IMG/VR virus record: IMGVR_UViG_3300032309_000708
Span: 1-58,174 of that record
Length of the DNA: 58,174 bases
Strand: one strand, 5' to 3'
From: a virus
Taxonomy: Duplodnaviria > Caudoviricetes
Part shown: piece after piece, positions 36,262 through 46,300 of the stretch
Numbering within the stretch: position 1 is the stretch's first letter
Layout: each line of letters starts with the position of its first letter
Translations under genes and position numbers: made by a program
Notes under the pieces: model-generated
What the model saw: the letters and a program-made list of their open reading frames with translations, nothing else
Told to the model about the DNA's origin: nothing
Database searches by the model: none

Positions 36262-38373
36262 ATGGCGTTACAAAAACTTTCATTTCGTCCGGGAATAAAT
36301 AGAGAAGGTACTACGCTTGCCAATGAAGGCGGCTGGTATGACGGCGATAAGATTCGTTTTCGTTCTGGCTATCCTGAAAAGATTGGTGGCTGGGCGCTTG
36401 CGTCTAACGCGACTTTCTTAGGTACATGCCGTTCTTTATGGAATTGGATCACCCTGCAAGGCTTTAACTTGATGGGCGTAGGTACAGAGTTAAAGTTTTA
36501 CGTTGAATTTGGTGGTACTTATTTTGATATTACACCTATCCGTAGGACAGTAACATTAAACGACCCGTTTGCCACTACAAACACTTTACCTATCGTCACA
36601 GTAACTGACGTTAATCACGGCGCTATTACAGGCGACTTTGTAATCTTCTCCGGTGCCGCTACTGTAGCTGGTTTAAACTTAAACAATGAGTACCAGATTA
36701 CGTACGTTGATTCTAATACCTACACAATTACTGCTTCAGCAAATGCTAATGCTACTGTAGCTGCTGGTGGTGGCGCTTCTGTTGTAGCAAGTTATCAAAT
36801 AAATAATGGTACTAACGTAGGCACATTGCAGGTTGGTTGGGGTGCAGGTCTTTGGGGCGGTGTAATTACAGGCGCTGCTCTTACTCAGTTAAATGGTGCT
36901 ATTAATAATTCTGTAACTACAGTCATAGTGGATTCAACTACAGGTTTCCCTGCATCCGGCACTATTGCTATTGACTCAGAATTAATTACTTACACAAGTA
37001 AAACAGGCACTCAATTTAACGGGTGTGTACGTGGGGCATTAGGTACAACCGCTGCCTCTCATTTAGATAATACTCTGACTTACAATGCTAGTGGATACAA
37101 TGGTTGGGGTCAGTCTATATCTCAGACATCTAGCAATCAATTACGTCTATGGAGTCAAAGTAACTTTGGACAGGACTTGTTGTTTGCTCCTATGCAAGGT
37201 GCGTTGTATTACTGGAGTCCCGGTACTGGCACTACCCCTGATATTACTACACGAGCAGTGTTAGTATCAGGTACAGACGTACCATCCATAATGAATGAGG
37301 TTCTTGTTTCAGATTCTTCTCGTATTGTTATTTGCTTTGGCTGTAATGATTACGGTGCATACGGCACAACACCGCAAGACCCTATGTTAATTCGTTGGTC
37401 TGCACAAGAGAGCTATACAAACTGGACACCAGCAATAACAAACCAAGCAGGTAGTTACCGACTGTCTCACGGTTCTAAAATTATCGGTGCGTTACAGACA
37501 CGTCAAGAAATATTAGTTTGGACTGATGCGGCTATTTACGCTATGCAGTATTTGGGTCCACCTCTTGTATGGGGTTTTACTTTATTAGCTGACAATATTT
37601 CTATAGCATCTTCAAACGCTATGGCAACCGCCGCTGGTGTTGTTTATTGGATGGGCGTAGATAAATTCTATGTGTACTCAGGTCGTGTAGAAACATTACC
37701 TTCTTCATTACGTACTTATGTTTTTGAAGATATAAACCGTGATCAGTTTTCTCAGATTTTCTCTGGTACTAACGAAGGCTACAGCGAGATATGGTGGTTT
37801 TACTGTTCTACTAATTCCAACGTCATAGACCGTTACGTCATATTTAATTACCTTGATCGTGTATGGTACTACGGCACTTTGGGTAGAACTGCTTGGATAG
37901 ATTCGCCTTTACGTGATTTTCCTACTGCGGCAACTTTAGGTAATCAGCTTGTCTATCACGAAGCGGCGGTTGATGATGGCACGACTAATCCGCCAAGCGC
38001 AATAAATGCTTATGTACAGTCGTCTGACTTTGATATTGGTGATGGACATAACTATGGGTTCGTGTGGAGAATGATTCCTGATATTACGTTTGATGGGTCA
38101 ACTACACCTTCTCCTCTGTTCCCGCAAGTTAGCATGACTATGCGTCCAAGACAGAATCCCGGCTCGCCTTATGGCACTGCTCCATCACCGACTGTAACGA
38201 CAACACAAAGTTATGGTGCGCAGAGTGTGTATAACGTGCAAGAGTTTACCGAGATTATTTATACCCGCATACGTGGTAGACAGATGGCGTTTAAGATTGA
38301 GTCTAATACTGTAGGTACACAGTGGCAGCTAGGTGTTCCACGTATGGATGTACGTCCTGATGGAAGAAGATAA
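36262..38373 (+). CDS. tail nozzle / tubular protein B-like
   Basis: 703 aa beta-propeller-like; RFRSG.PEKIGGW, IRWS, C-terminal R.RGRQ..PDGRR. Confidence 0.75.
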   Translation: MALQKLSFRPGINREGTTLANEGGWYDGDKIRFRSGYPEKIGGWALASNATFLGTCRSLWNWITLQGFNLMGVGTELKFYVEFGGTYFDITPIRRTVTLNDPFATTNTLPIVTVTDVNHGAITGDFVIFSGAATVAGLNLNNEYQITYVDSNTYTITASANANATVAAGGGASVVASYQINNGTNVGTLQVGWGAGLWGGVITGAALTQLNGAINNSVTTVIVDSTTGFPASGTIAIDSELITYTSKTGTQFNGCVRGALGTTAASHLDNTLTYNASGYNGWGQSISQTSSNQLRLWSQSNFGQDLLFAPMQGALYYWSPGTGTTPDITTRAVLVSGTDVPSIMNEVLVSDSSRIVICFGCNDYGAYGTTPQDPMLIRWSAQESYTNWTPAITNQAGSYRLSHGSKIIGALQTRQEILVWTDAAIYAMQYLGPPLVWGFTLLADNISIASSNAMATAAGVVYWMGVDKFYVYSGRVETLPSSLRTYVFEDINRDQFSQIFSGTNEGYSEIWWFYCSTNSNVIDRYVIFNYLDRVWYYGTLGRTAWIDSPLRDFPTAATLGNQLVYHEAAVDDGTTNPPSAINAYVQSSDFDIGDGHNYGFVWRMIPDITFDGSTTPSPLFPQVSMTMRPRQNPGSPYGTAPSPTVTTTQSYGAQSVYNVQEFTEIIYTRIRGRQMAFKIESNTVGTQWQLGVPRMDVRPDGRR

Positions 38374-38687
38374 TGAGTACAGGAACTACAAGAGCGCCGT
38401 CATTACCATTTGCCCCTGTTGAGTACGATAGGCAGTATCAAGATACTCTTAACAATATATTACGACAGTACTTTTCTCAGATTGATAACGCGGGTCCGTC
38501 AGCAGCTTCAACGCTAAGACCTGATACAGCCACAGTTGTAGCAGCGTTAAACTTTAGTGAAGTAGACCAAGCAACGGGGTTAAGACGGATTAGCTGCCCA
38601 ACACAGGTGGAGTACGCTGCGGGTAAGTTAAGAACTGGGGATATTTACTACGATACGTCTACGTACGTGCTTAAAATTACGCCTTAA
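38373..38687 (+). CDS. small tail protein
   Basis: P.LP.AP.EY..QY and LR.YF motifs; coupled to nozzle. Confidence 0.7.
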   Translation: MSTGTTRAPSLPFAPVEYDRQYQDTLNNILRQYFSQIDNAGPSAASTLRPDTATVVAALNFSEVDQATGLRRISCPTQVEYAAGKLRTGDIYYDTSTYVLKITP

Positions 38688-38736
38688 AAGCATTAATAAT
38701 GTTAAACTTTGACAAATTTCTCAGATTGAGGTAGCG

Positions 38737-40461
38737 ATGAGCCTCCACGCACTAGCCAACCACTTGCAAGAAGCCGGACGCGGACAAGATAAAGTCCTAG
38801 TTCACATGACCCCTAAAGAAGTTAGTGGCCTTCAGTCACTTGCTATGGCACATGGCGGCTCCTTAACTGTTAACCCACAGACTGGCCTTCCAGAGGCGGG
38901 ATTCTTATCGTCAATACTCCCAATGATTGCGGGCTTTGCGCTTAATGCATTTCTACCCGGTGTTGGAACAGCTGTTGGTAGTGCGCTTGGTGGGTTAAGT
39001 GGCGCAGCGGGTACTGGTATTCTAGTCGGTGGTGTTACTGGCTTAGCAAAAGGAAGTTTAAAAGACGGCATCATGGCTGGCTTGGGTGCTTACGGTGGTG
39101 CGGGCTTGAGCGAAGGGTTGGCTTCAGCGGGGGCGGATAAACTAGGAAATGGGCTAGGTGAATTTGGTTCAACAGCAGGTCAAGGCACTGGTGCCGACTA
39201 TGCAAAGATGATGGCGGATAACAATATACAAGCCGTGTCTAATATGCCAAAAACCGTAGTAGACGCAAGTGGGGCTGGGGTTAATTCACTGAATAATGGT
39301 TTTGCAGGTTATCAAGCGCAAGGCCCATTTGCTAATGCTACAGGAACCAATGTGGCTCACATGTATGCGCCACAACCATCAGTATTACCCGGTTCTGCAG
39401 ACACTTTACGGGCTGGAATAGCTAACCCAACTATTACTACTCCTGTTAACCCTGCTGATTACGCATACGACCCAATTAGCAAAGCTATTGGTGAAGGACA
39501 AATTAAAGCGGCTAATTCACCGTTTGGGGTTGGGGCTGATGTTAACTCTATGGCTCAGCAATACGCAAAACCAATTCAAGAAGCAGCCACATATCAAACT
39601 GGAACGTATACCCCTCCACCAAGCAAATTTGATAAGATTGGTGCTGGCTTTGATCGTGCAACTAGTAGCTTTGAAGGCGCTAAAGAAGTATGGAACGCAA
39701 CCCCTAAAGGTACTGGACTTGGCTTAGCCGCAACCGGTATGAGCATAATGCAGGACCAACAAGAAGAAGCCGCCAGAGAAGCCGCCGCTGCCAATGCTGC
39801 CGCTGCCGCCGAACGTCGTGGAAGTTATCGCCCTTACGAATTCTCAACATCATTAGTAGACAATGCTTTTGCACCTAGAGAATCAACTTCTGAATTTGCT
39901 TACTTCAACGAACCTAGATATAAAGCCGGACCAGTTACAAAAGTAGCTAAAGAAGGCGGCATGATGTCTTTGGCAGTGGGTGGTCCAGTAGAAGAGATGT
40001 CTGCTCAAAATGCTATAAGCGGCAACATGATGTACCCACAGGCACAACTTCAAACTGACATGTACTCAAACCCTATGGTGCAGCGTCCAATGCCTAATAA
40101 TGTAATCTCGTCTGGCATTGATACCCCTGTTGGTATGTACACTGGCGAACAAAGAATGGCTGTTGGGGGCATATCTAGTTTAGGTGGTTATTCCGATGGT
40201 GGTCATTTACTGAAAGGACCCGGCGATGGAGTTAGCGATTCTATTCCTGCTTCTATTGGTGATCGTCAGCCTGCTCGCTTGGCTGACGGAGAGTTTGTGG
40301 TACCCGCTAGAATCGTATCGGAAATCGGTAACGGAAGCACGGAAGCGGGAGCAAGAAAACTCTATGCAATGATGGATCGTGTACAGAAAGCCCGTAAGAA
40401 AACAGTGGGTAAAAACCAAGTAGCTAAAAATACTAAAGCAGATAATCTATTGCCAGCATGA
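38737..40461 (+). CDS. putative internal virion (ejection) protein
   Basis: GR..D..LVHM, NP.TGLPEA, Gly-rich hydrophobic block, GPGDG.SDSIPA..RLADGEFV. Confidence 0.7.
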   Translation: MSLHALANHLQEAGRGQDKVLVHMTPKEVSGLQSLAMAHGGSLTVNPQTGLPEAGFLSSILPMIAGFALNAFLPGVGTAVGSALGGLSGAAGTGILVGGVTGLAKGSLKDGIMAGLGAYGGAGLSEGLASAGADKLGNGLGEFGSTAGQGTGADYAKMMADNNIQAVSNMPKTVVDASGAGVNSLNNGFAGYQAQGPFANATGTNVAHMYAPQPSVLPGSADTLRAGIANPTITTPVNPADYAYDPISKAIGEGQIKAANSPFGVGADVNSMAQQYAKPIQEAATYQTGTYTPPPSKFDKIGAGFDRATSSFEGAKEVWNATPKGTGLGLAATGMSIMQDQQEEAAREAAAANAAAAAERRGSYRPYEFSTSLVDNAFAPRESTSEFAYFNEPRYKAGPVTKVAKEGGMMSLAVGGPVEEMSAQNAISGNMMYPQAQLQTDMYSNPMVQRPMPNNVISSGIDTPVGMYTGEQRMAVGGISSLGGYSDGGHLLKGPGDGVSDSIPASIGDRQPARLADGEFVVPARIVSEIGNGSTEAGARKLYAMMDRVQKARKKTVGKNQVAKNTKADNLLPA

Positions 40462-40919
40462 GCTACACATTCCATTTAGGTAGGTTTAAAGAAACGTATG
40501 ACGAACTGGAGCCGTTGTACCGCCAGCACTATTTTGAGATGTGCGAGCGATTGGCAAAAGATGGAATACAGTATCCTCCTTATAACCCAAGGCTGGATAA
40601 GTATATTGAATCAGGCGAGAGTGGTTGGCTATTAACATTTTTAATTAGGCTAGATGGTCAGCCTGTTGGATATAGCAATGTTTATTTAACAAATGACATG
40701 CACAACGGTGATTTAATAGCGCAGGAAGATACTATCTTTGTACTAAAAGACCACCGTAATGGTGTAGGCAAGAAGCTAGTAAAAGTTATTCTTGAAGAAT
40801 TGAAAGAGCGCGGAGTGAAACGAGTAATAGTCTCCGCAATGACAGACCTGCGTGTAGCTAAACTATGGGGCCGAATGGGTTTCAAAGAAGCAGCAACGCA
40901 AATGATATATACATTTTGA
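40458..40919 (+). CDS. GNAT acetyltransferase
   Basis: IFVLKDHRNGVGKKL acetyl-CoA motif and RMGF. Confidence 0.8.
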   Translation: MSYTFHLGRFKETYDELEPLYRQHYFEMCERLAKDGIQYPPYNPRLDKYIESGESGWLLTFLIRLDGQPVGYSNVYLTNDMHNGDLIAQEDTIFVLKDHRNGVGKKLVKVILEELKERGVKRVIVSAMTDLRVAKLWGRMGFKEAATQMIYTF

Positions 40920-40927
40920 GGTAAATT

Positions 40928-41905
40928 ATGTGCGGCTCATCAGCTCCTCCACCACCATCAAGTCAAACCGTAACTCAGACTTCCATACCTGAGTACGCGC
41001 AACCGTATGTAGAAAGAATGCTTGGTAAAGCAGAGGCTTTTAGTGAAGCCCCTTATCAAGCTTACGGTGGTGAACGTATTGCTGGGTTTACGCCTATGCA
41101 ACAACAAGCGCAACAAGCAGCTGCTAATCTTGGTCCTTCACAACAATTAGGATTAGGTACACAGATGGCAGGTATTGCGGGACTTGGTCAGCTTGGTGCA
41201 GGTCAGCAGTACGCAATGCAAGCAACCAACCCGTATGCAATGGGTGCGTATATGTCTCCGTATATGGAGAATGCGTTAGCACCACAAATGCGTGAAGCTG
41301 CTCGTCAGTCTGCTATACAAGGTCAGATGGATCAAGCTAGAGCTGTACAGCAAGGCGCGTTCGGTGGTGCGCGTACTGGAATTGTAGAGGCAGAGCGTCA
41401 ACGTAATTTACAAACTCAGCTTGGTGATATATATGGCAGAGGTATGCAAACTGCTTATGATCAAGCTCGTCAAGCACAACAGTTCGGTGCAACACTTGGA
41501 CTACAGGGCGCGCAAGGTGCAGCACAGACAGCAGGTACTCTTGGCCAATTAGGTCAAACACAGTTTGGTCAGCAAAGAGATATTATCAATGCCCAAGCCA
41601 CTGCAGGTGCACAACAACAGGCATTGCAGCAAGCACAACTACAACAGAAGTATCAAGACTTCTTGACGCAAAAGGCTTATCCACAACAACAACTGGCGTT
41701 CATGTCGGACATGTTGCGTGGTGCGCCATTAGGTCAACAGACACAACAGCAATACACAGCAGCAGCTCCATCAGGTATGGGTCAAGTGGCGGGTTTAGGA
41801 CTAGCCGCACTCGGTGCTAGTAAAGCAGGTTTGCTCGGTGCTAAAGGTGGTAGCGTTCCATACGGCTTAGATAAAGTAGCAATCGACCAGTTGATGAAGG
41901 GTTAA
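40928..41905 (+). CDS. putative ejection protein
   Basis: Q/G/A-rich; IPEYA.PY, YMSPY and GAFGG.R motifs. Confidence 0.7.
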   Translation: MCGSSAPPPPSSQTVTQTSIPEYAQPYVERMLGKAEAFSEAPYQAYGGERIAGFTPMQQQAQQAAANLGPSQQLGLGTQMAGIAGLGQLGAGQQYAMQATNPYAMGAYMSPYMENALAPQMREAARQSAIQGQMDQARAVQQGAFGGARTGIVEAERQRNLQTQLGDIYGRGMQTAYDQARQAQQFGATLGLQGAQGAAQTAGTLGQLGQTQFGQQRDIINAQATAGAQQQALQQAQLQQKYQDFLTQKAYPQQQLAFMSDMLRGAPLGQQTQQQYTAAAPSGMGQVAGLGLAALGASKAGLLGAKGGSVPYGLDKVAIDQLMKG

Positions 41906-41907
41906 TT

Positions 41908-43350
41908 ATGTCAATCAATTACGGCCCAATAAACGAGATTAAAGATTTAGCGTTTAAATACTCTAAGCCACAACTTGGACGTATGGCGCAGCTTGGGTTG
42001 ATCGATACCCAAAAAGCTGTATTAGCAGCTATGATGAGAGAACGTGTTGCTAAACAAGATGCACAACCGCCGACCGCAACAGTAGCGCAAGATGCACTTG
42101 GCTTACAACCTCCACCACAACAACAAGCTCAACCGCAGCCGCAACAAATGGGCATGCAGCAAGGGCAACCTCAACAGGCTCAGCCACAACCACAACTAGC
42201 TCAAGCCCCTGCTGGCATAGAGTCTTTACCTGCCGGTAATGTTGGCAACTACGCTGGTGGTGGCATTGTTGCGTTTGATGAAGGTGGTGAGGTACCGGGT
42301 TACGCTCGTGGTGGGTTTCCTACTATGCCAAGTACAAATATTCAGTTAGGTCAACTTAAAGGCCCACAGGAAAAAACAATTGAAGAAATAATTGCTGAAC
42401 AACAAGGCGTATACGAGCAACAAGGCTTAGTAAACCCGTATGAAGGGTTAATGCAACAGCAAGAAGCTAAGCGTGGTGAACTCGATACACGTAGAGAACA
42501 AGCTAAAGGTGAGTTCTTAATGAATCTTGGCACCGGTTTAATGCAGGCTCAAAAAGGTAGAGAGTTAGCAGCTTTAGGTACAGGTGCGCTTAAAGGCATG
42601 GCAGACTACAAAGATGCTATGAAAGATTTACGTGCATCTGAAGAAAAACTTGACGATAGAATCGGCGCATTTAAGTTGGCTGATTATCAGGCTAAGAAAA
42701 CCGGCACAGATGCTGCTATTGCTAGACGTGACTCGCTTCGTGATAAAGTTATAGAAACCGAAAATAAAAATATCGAAGCTCAAAATGCTGTTGCAGTTGA
42801 AGGCAAGAAACTTGAGATGCAAGGGTTTAATACCGCAATGGGTTATAAAGGCACTGTCGATGCCGCAAGTATACGCAACGCAGCTATGCCTGACTTATAT
42901 AAGATGGCAAATTCACCCGACATGTTAAAATCTATGCCTAACTCTACGTTTGCTCAACGACTAGAAGCAGTAGGTAAATACGCGCATCCTAAAGATTCGT
43001 ATAACGCATTAACATCACGTTTTAACTTATTAAATAAAACCATTGCTGAGACTAACTATCCATTAAGTATATCGTACAACTTGGCAAAGACAGATGCGGA
43101 GAGAAAAGAAATTTTAGATAAGATGAATGCAAATGCTACTAGAATTAGAACAGAGCAGCAGTGGACCGCGTCTGATAATGCTAGACTGCAACGCGAACAA
43201 GCTCAATTAGATGGTACAACACAAACACAAGGTCAAGCTTTACCACTGCCCCCTACCGAAGCAGAACTTCAAAAAGGGCAGCTATATACTACTGCAAGAG
43301 GCCCAGCTATTTGGAATGGAACAGCGTTTGTAGCAGCACCTGCAAGATAA
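41908..43350 (+). CDS. putative ejection protein
   Basis: Q/P linker, YAGGGIVAF motif, coiled coil. Confidence 0.65.
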   Translation: MSINYGPINEIKDLAFKYSKPQLGRMAQLGLIDTQKAVLAAMMRERVAKQDAQPPTATVAQDALGLQPPPQQQAQPQPQQMGMQQGQPQQAQPQPQLAQAPAGIESLPAGNVGNYAGGGIVAFDEGGEVPGYARGGFPTMPSTNIQLGQLKGPQEKTIEEIIAEQQGVYEQQGLVNPYEGLMQQQEAKRGELDTRREQAKGEFLMNLGTGLMQAQKGRELAALGTGALKGMADYKDAMKDLRASEEKLDDRIGAFKLADYQAKKTGTDAAIARRDSLRDKVIETENKNIEAQNAVAVEGKKLEMQGFNTAMGYKGTVDAASIRNAAMPDLYKMANSPDMLKSMPNSTFAQRLEAVGKYAHPKDSYNALTSRFNLLNKTIAETNYPLSISYNLAKTDAERKEILDKMNANATRIRTEQQWTASDNARLQREQAQLDGTTQTQGQALPLPPTEAELQKGQLYTTARGPAIWNGTAFVAAPAR

Positions 43351-46300
43351 TGGCAAATACATTTTCGTTTGAAGACGCTTTAAAACCAGCGCCACAACAA
43401 GGGCCTACTACGTTTTCGTTTGAAGATGCGTTTAAGCCCGCCGTAACTTCTGGGCCGAATCCACTAGACCCACAACAACCTGCGCCAGTACAAGCAGCTC
43501 AACCTGCGCCTACACCTACACCTGTTGCTAAAGAAGAACCCGGCCTTTTAAATGATATATCTAAAGGCTTTCAACGTATACCAGCTAGCTTAGCTGAACA
43601 ATACGAAGGGATATTTACACGTAAAACTGCGCAGATGGCCAAGGGCAATCAAGTCCAAACTGCGTTGTATAACATGATTGATGCTGGTCAAATTAAATCC
43701 GACAGCGATCTTAATAAAGCTTATTTAAAATTACTGTATGGTAAAGAGCAACTATCTCCAAAAGAAATACTAGCGCATGGTAATTTAAAACAAAGTTTGG
43801 CAGCCGCAGATGCGTATGAGTATATGAACTCGTCACCAGAGCATCGTGCTGCTATGAGAAAAGGCGTTGAAACTGCAGCGTCTCAATCTTTAACTAGGTT
43901 TGAAGAATCACGAGCACGTAGTAAAGAACGTGAAGCAGAACTAGAAAAGCTTGCCCCAAGAGTTAGACAGTTTACTGATATTGGTAGTCCGTATGAAGCG
44001 GCTAGTTGGGCGGCTGGTAGATTGCCTGAGTTTGTCGGTACAAACCTTCCACAGATAGCTGCGGGTTATTTTACTGGTCCCGGCGGTCTTGCCCTTACTA
44101 GCGTAATACCAGAACTTTCAGGTGGAACTAAAGAACGTGTTAAGTACATGGAAGGTATTGTTAAAGACGAACCTGATCCAGCTAAACGCAGTCAAGCTTT
44201 AATTGATTACATAAATAAAACGCAAGATGTTACGTTGCAGGCGGCTGTGCTTAATGGTCTAACGGACATGATTATTGGTCCTGAAGCCGAAGCAGTTAAG
44301 CTTGGTGTACAAAGCGCATTTAAAGAAGAGGTACGCAAAGAAATTCTTAAGAAGCTACCAAAAGTTGTAGGTGGTGAAGCTTTAGGTGAAGGCGCTACTG
44401 GCGGCATCCAAGAAATTACCAATATGGTAGCGGAAAGATCTTTGGGTGAGATGCAAGGTGGCGTATTTACTGCTGAGAATGCTAAACGTATTATCAACTC
44501 AATGGCTGATGAAGCACTTGGGGGCGCAGGTGTATCTACTGGAATGCAACTAACTAAAGCCGCGTTAGCTAAGAAAAACTTAGCCGACACAGATACGCCT
44601 GAAGGCAGGGCAATGCGTGGCCTTGATGATTTAGTTAATCGAGAAGAAGCCGGAACAACAGAAGATATGACCGTTCCGCCTGCCCCACCTGCTCCACCCA
44701 CAGCACCACAACGTGCAATACCTACCGAACCACTATTTACGTTTGATACCCCTGAACAGGCGCAAGAGCGTACTAACCTATTAAAAGTTAACCGCCCTAA
44801 AGAAAACTTTGCGGTTCAAGAAACAGAAGATGGCAAATTCGGCGTATATCAAATACCAGTCGGAGAAACAGGAGGTACAAATGTTACCCCACCTGCAGTA
44901 AATAAAAAAGAAGTAGAACAAATAGCTAGAGGTGGGTGGTTTGAGTTATCCGATGCAGAGCGTTTAGAACTGCAGGGGGATTTACAGTTTCTTAAAGATT
45001 CAGGAAGAACTATAACCATAAATAGTATACCCGAAGAAATTCGAGCAAAACTAAGCCATTCTGCATTAATAAATTTAAAATCCGCGTTAAACCAAGATAT
45101 CAATGCAACTATAGCTGCGCTAACGCCGTCTAGCAAAAAAGAAACAGCCACAGGAGGTGAAGATGTTACCCCACCTATCACAGACGCAGATGGAGCTGGC
45201 ACTGAAAATATTGGCGAACCCCCACAAGGTACCGGTGCCGGAATCCCTCCATCATCTGAGGGAACAGGACTGGGTGTTTCTGATACAGATGTTACGGGAG
45301 CTGGAGTATCAGAAGGAATTCAGCCTCATACACTAACCAGAAAGCAATTCCAAGAAGCTAATACAGACCTTCAAACGTTTAATAATTTATTTTCGCCAAA
45401 CTTTGAACTTACAGACAACTTAGATACGTTATTAACTAGCGGCACTGAAAGCGATCTTCACGTTGCAAGCAAAATATTTGGGCTTAAACCTGTTATAGGT
45501 AAAAAACGCGCTGCGGAAAATATTTCAGCGACTATTAAAAAAATGAAATTGGCAGAGGGTTTAGATCCCGCACAAGTGGCGGGGATGAAGTTGCCTGAGC
45601 TAAAAGAATTAGCCAACGAACTTGGAATATCTACATACGGAAATAAAGATGTACTTATATCAAAAATTAATAACTTCTACCCTAATTTAGAAAGTAAAGT
45701 TGAAGAAAATTTAAAAAATTATGCCCACGAAACCGCTGTTCGTAGTGCTGTAGTAAATGGAAAACCTGTAAGTGATGAGGTACTAAAAGACTATCCGGAG
45801 ATTGCTGCGTACGCAACCCCATTGGGATCAGGGGCATATACTCAAGCTATAAAAACGTTGTCAAGGAAAATGCTACCGCAACATCTAATGGACGTGCCAT
45901 CTACTGCGCGACACCTTAGAGAAGATGCAGAGCAATCAGGTGATGGAAGACAAGCTGCCGTGCTAAGGGACATTGCCGATGCAATGGAAGAGTATTACAA
46001 AAACGCTTTTGGTATAAAAGAAGAAGCACCTGCAGCTGAAGAAACTGTACCTACAGAAGAAGAAGTAACCGCGCTTAACGACACTATTGAAAAAGGTATA
46101 AAGGATAAACTTGAAGGTTTATTAGTCGGCGATGAAGTTAGATTTGGTAACACCCCCGGCGTTGTTGTCGGCTTAGAAGGTGATTATGCTAAGTTTCATT
46201 CCGCTAGTTCATCTAATCCTAAAGCGTACACACGCGTACTAAAAAAACAATTAACTTTTGTATCGCGTCCTAATACAAATTTTACATCTGCGTCTTCAAA

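Noticed and set aside
39488-39727. Nested ORF in the first ejection gene
   Set aside because: No SD, TTG start, and Leu-rich composition typical of a +1 shadow frame.
43311-43349. Upstream TTG start of the giant ORF
   Set aside because: It overlaps the previous gene; the TAATG-coupled ATG at 43350 matches the pattern used across this genome.
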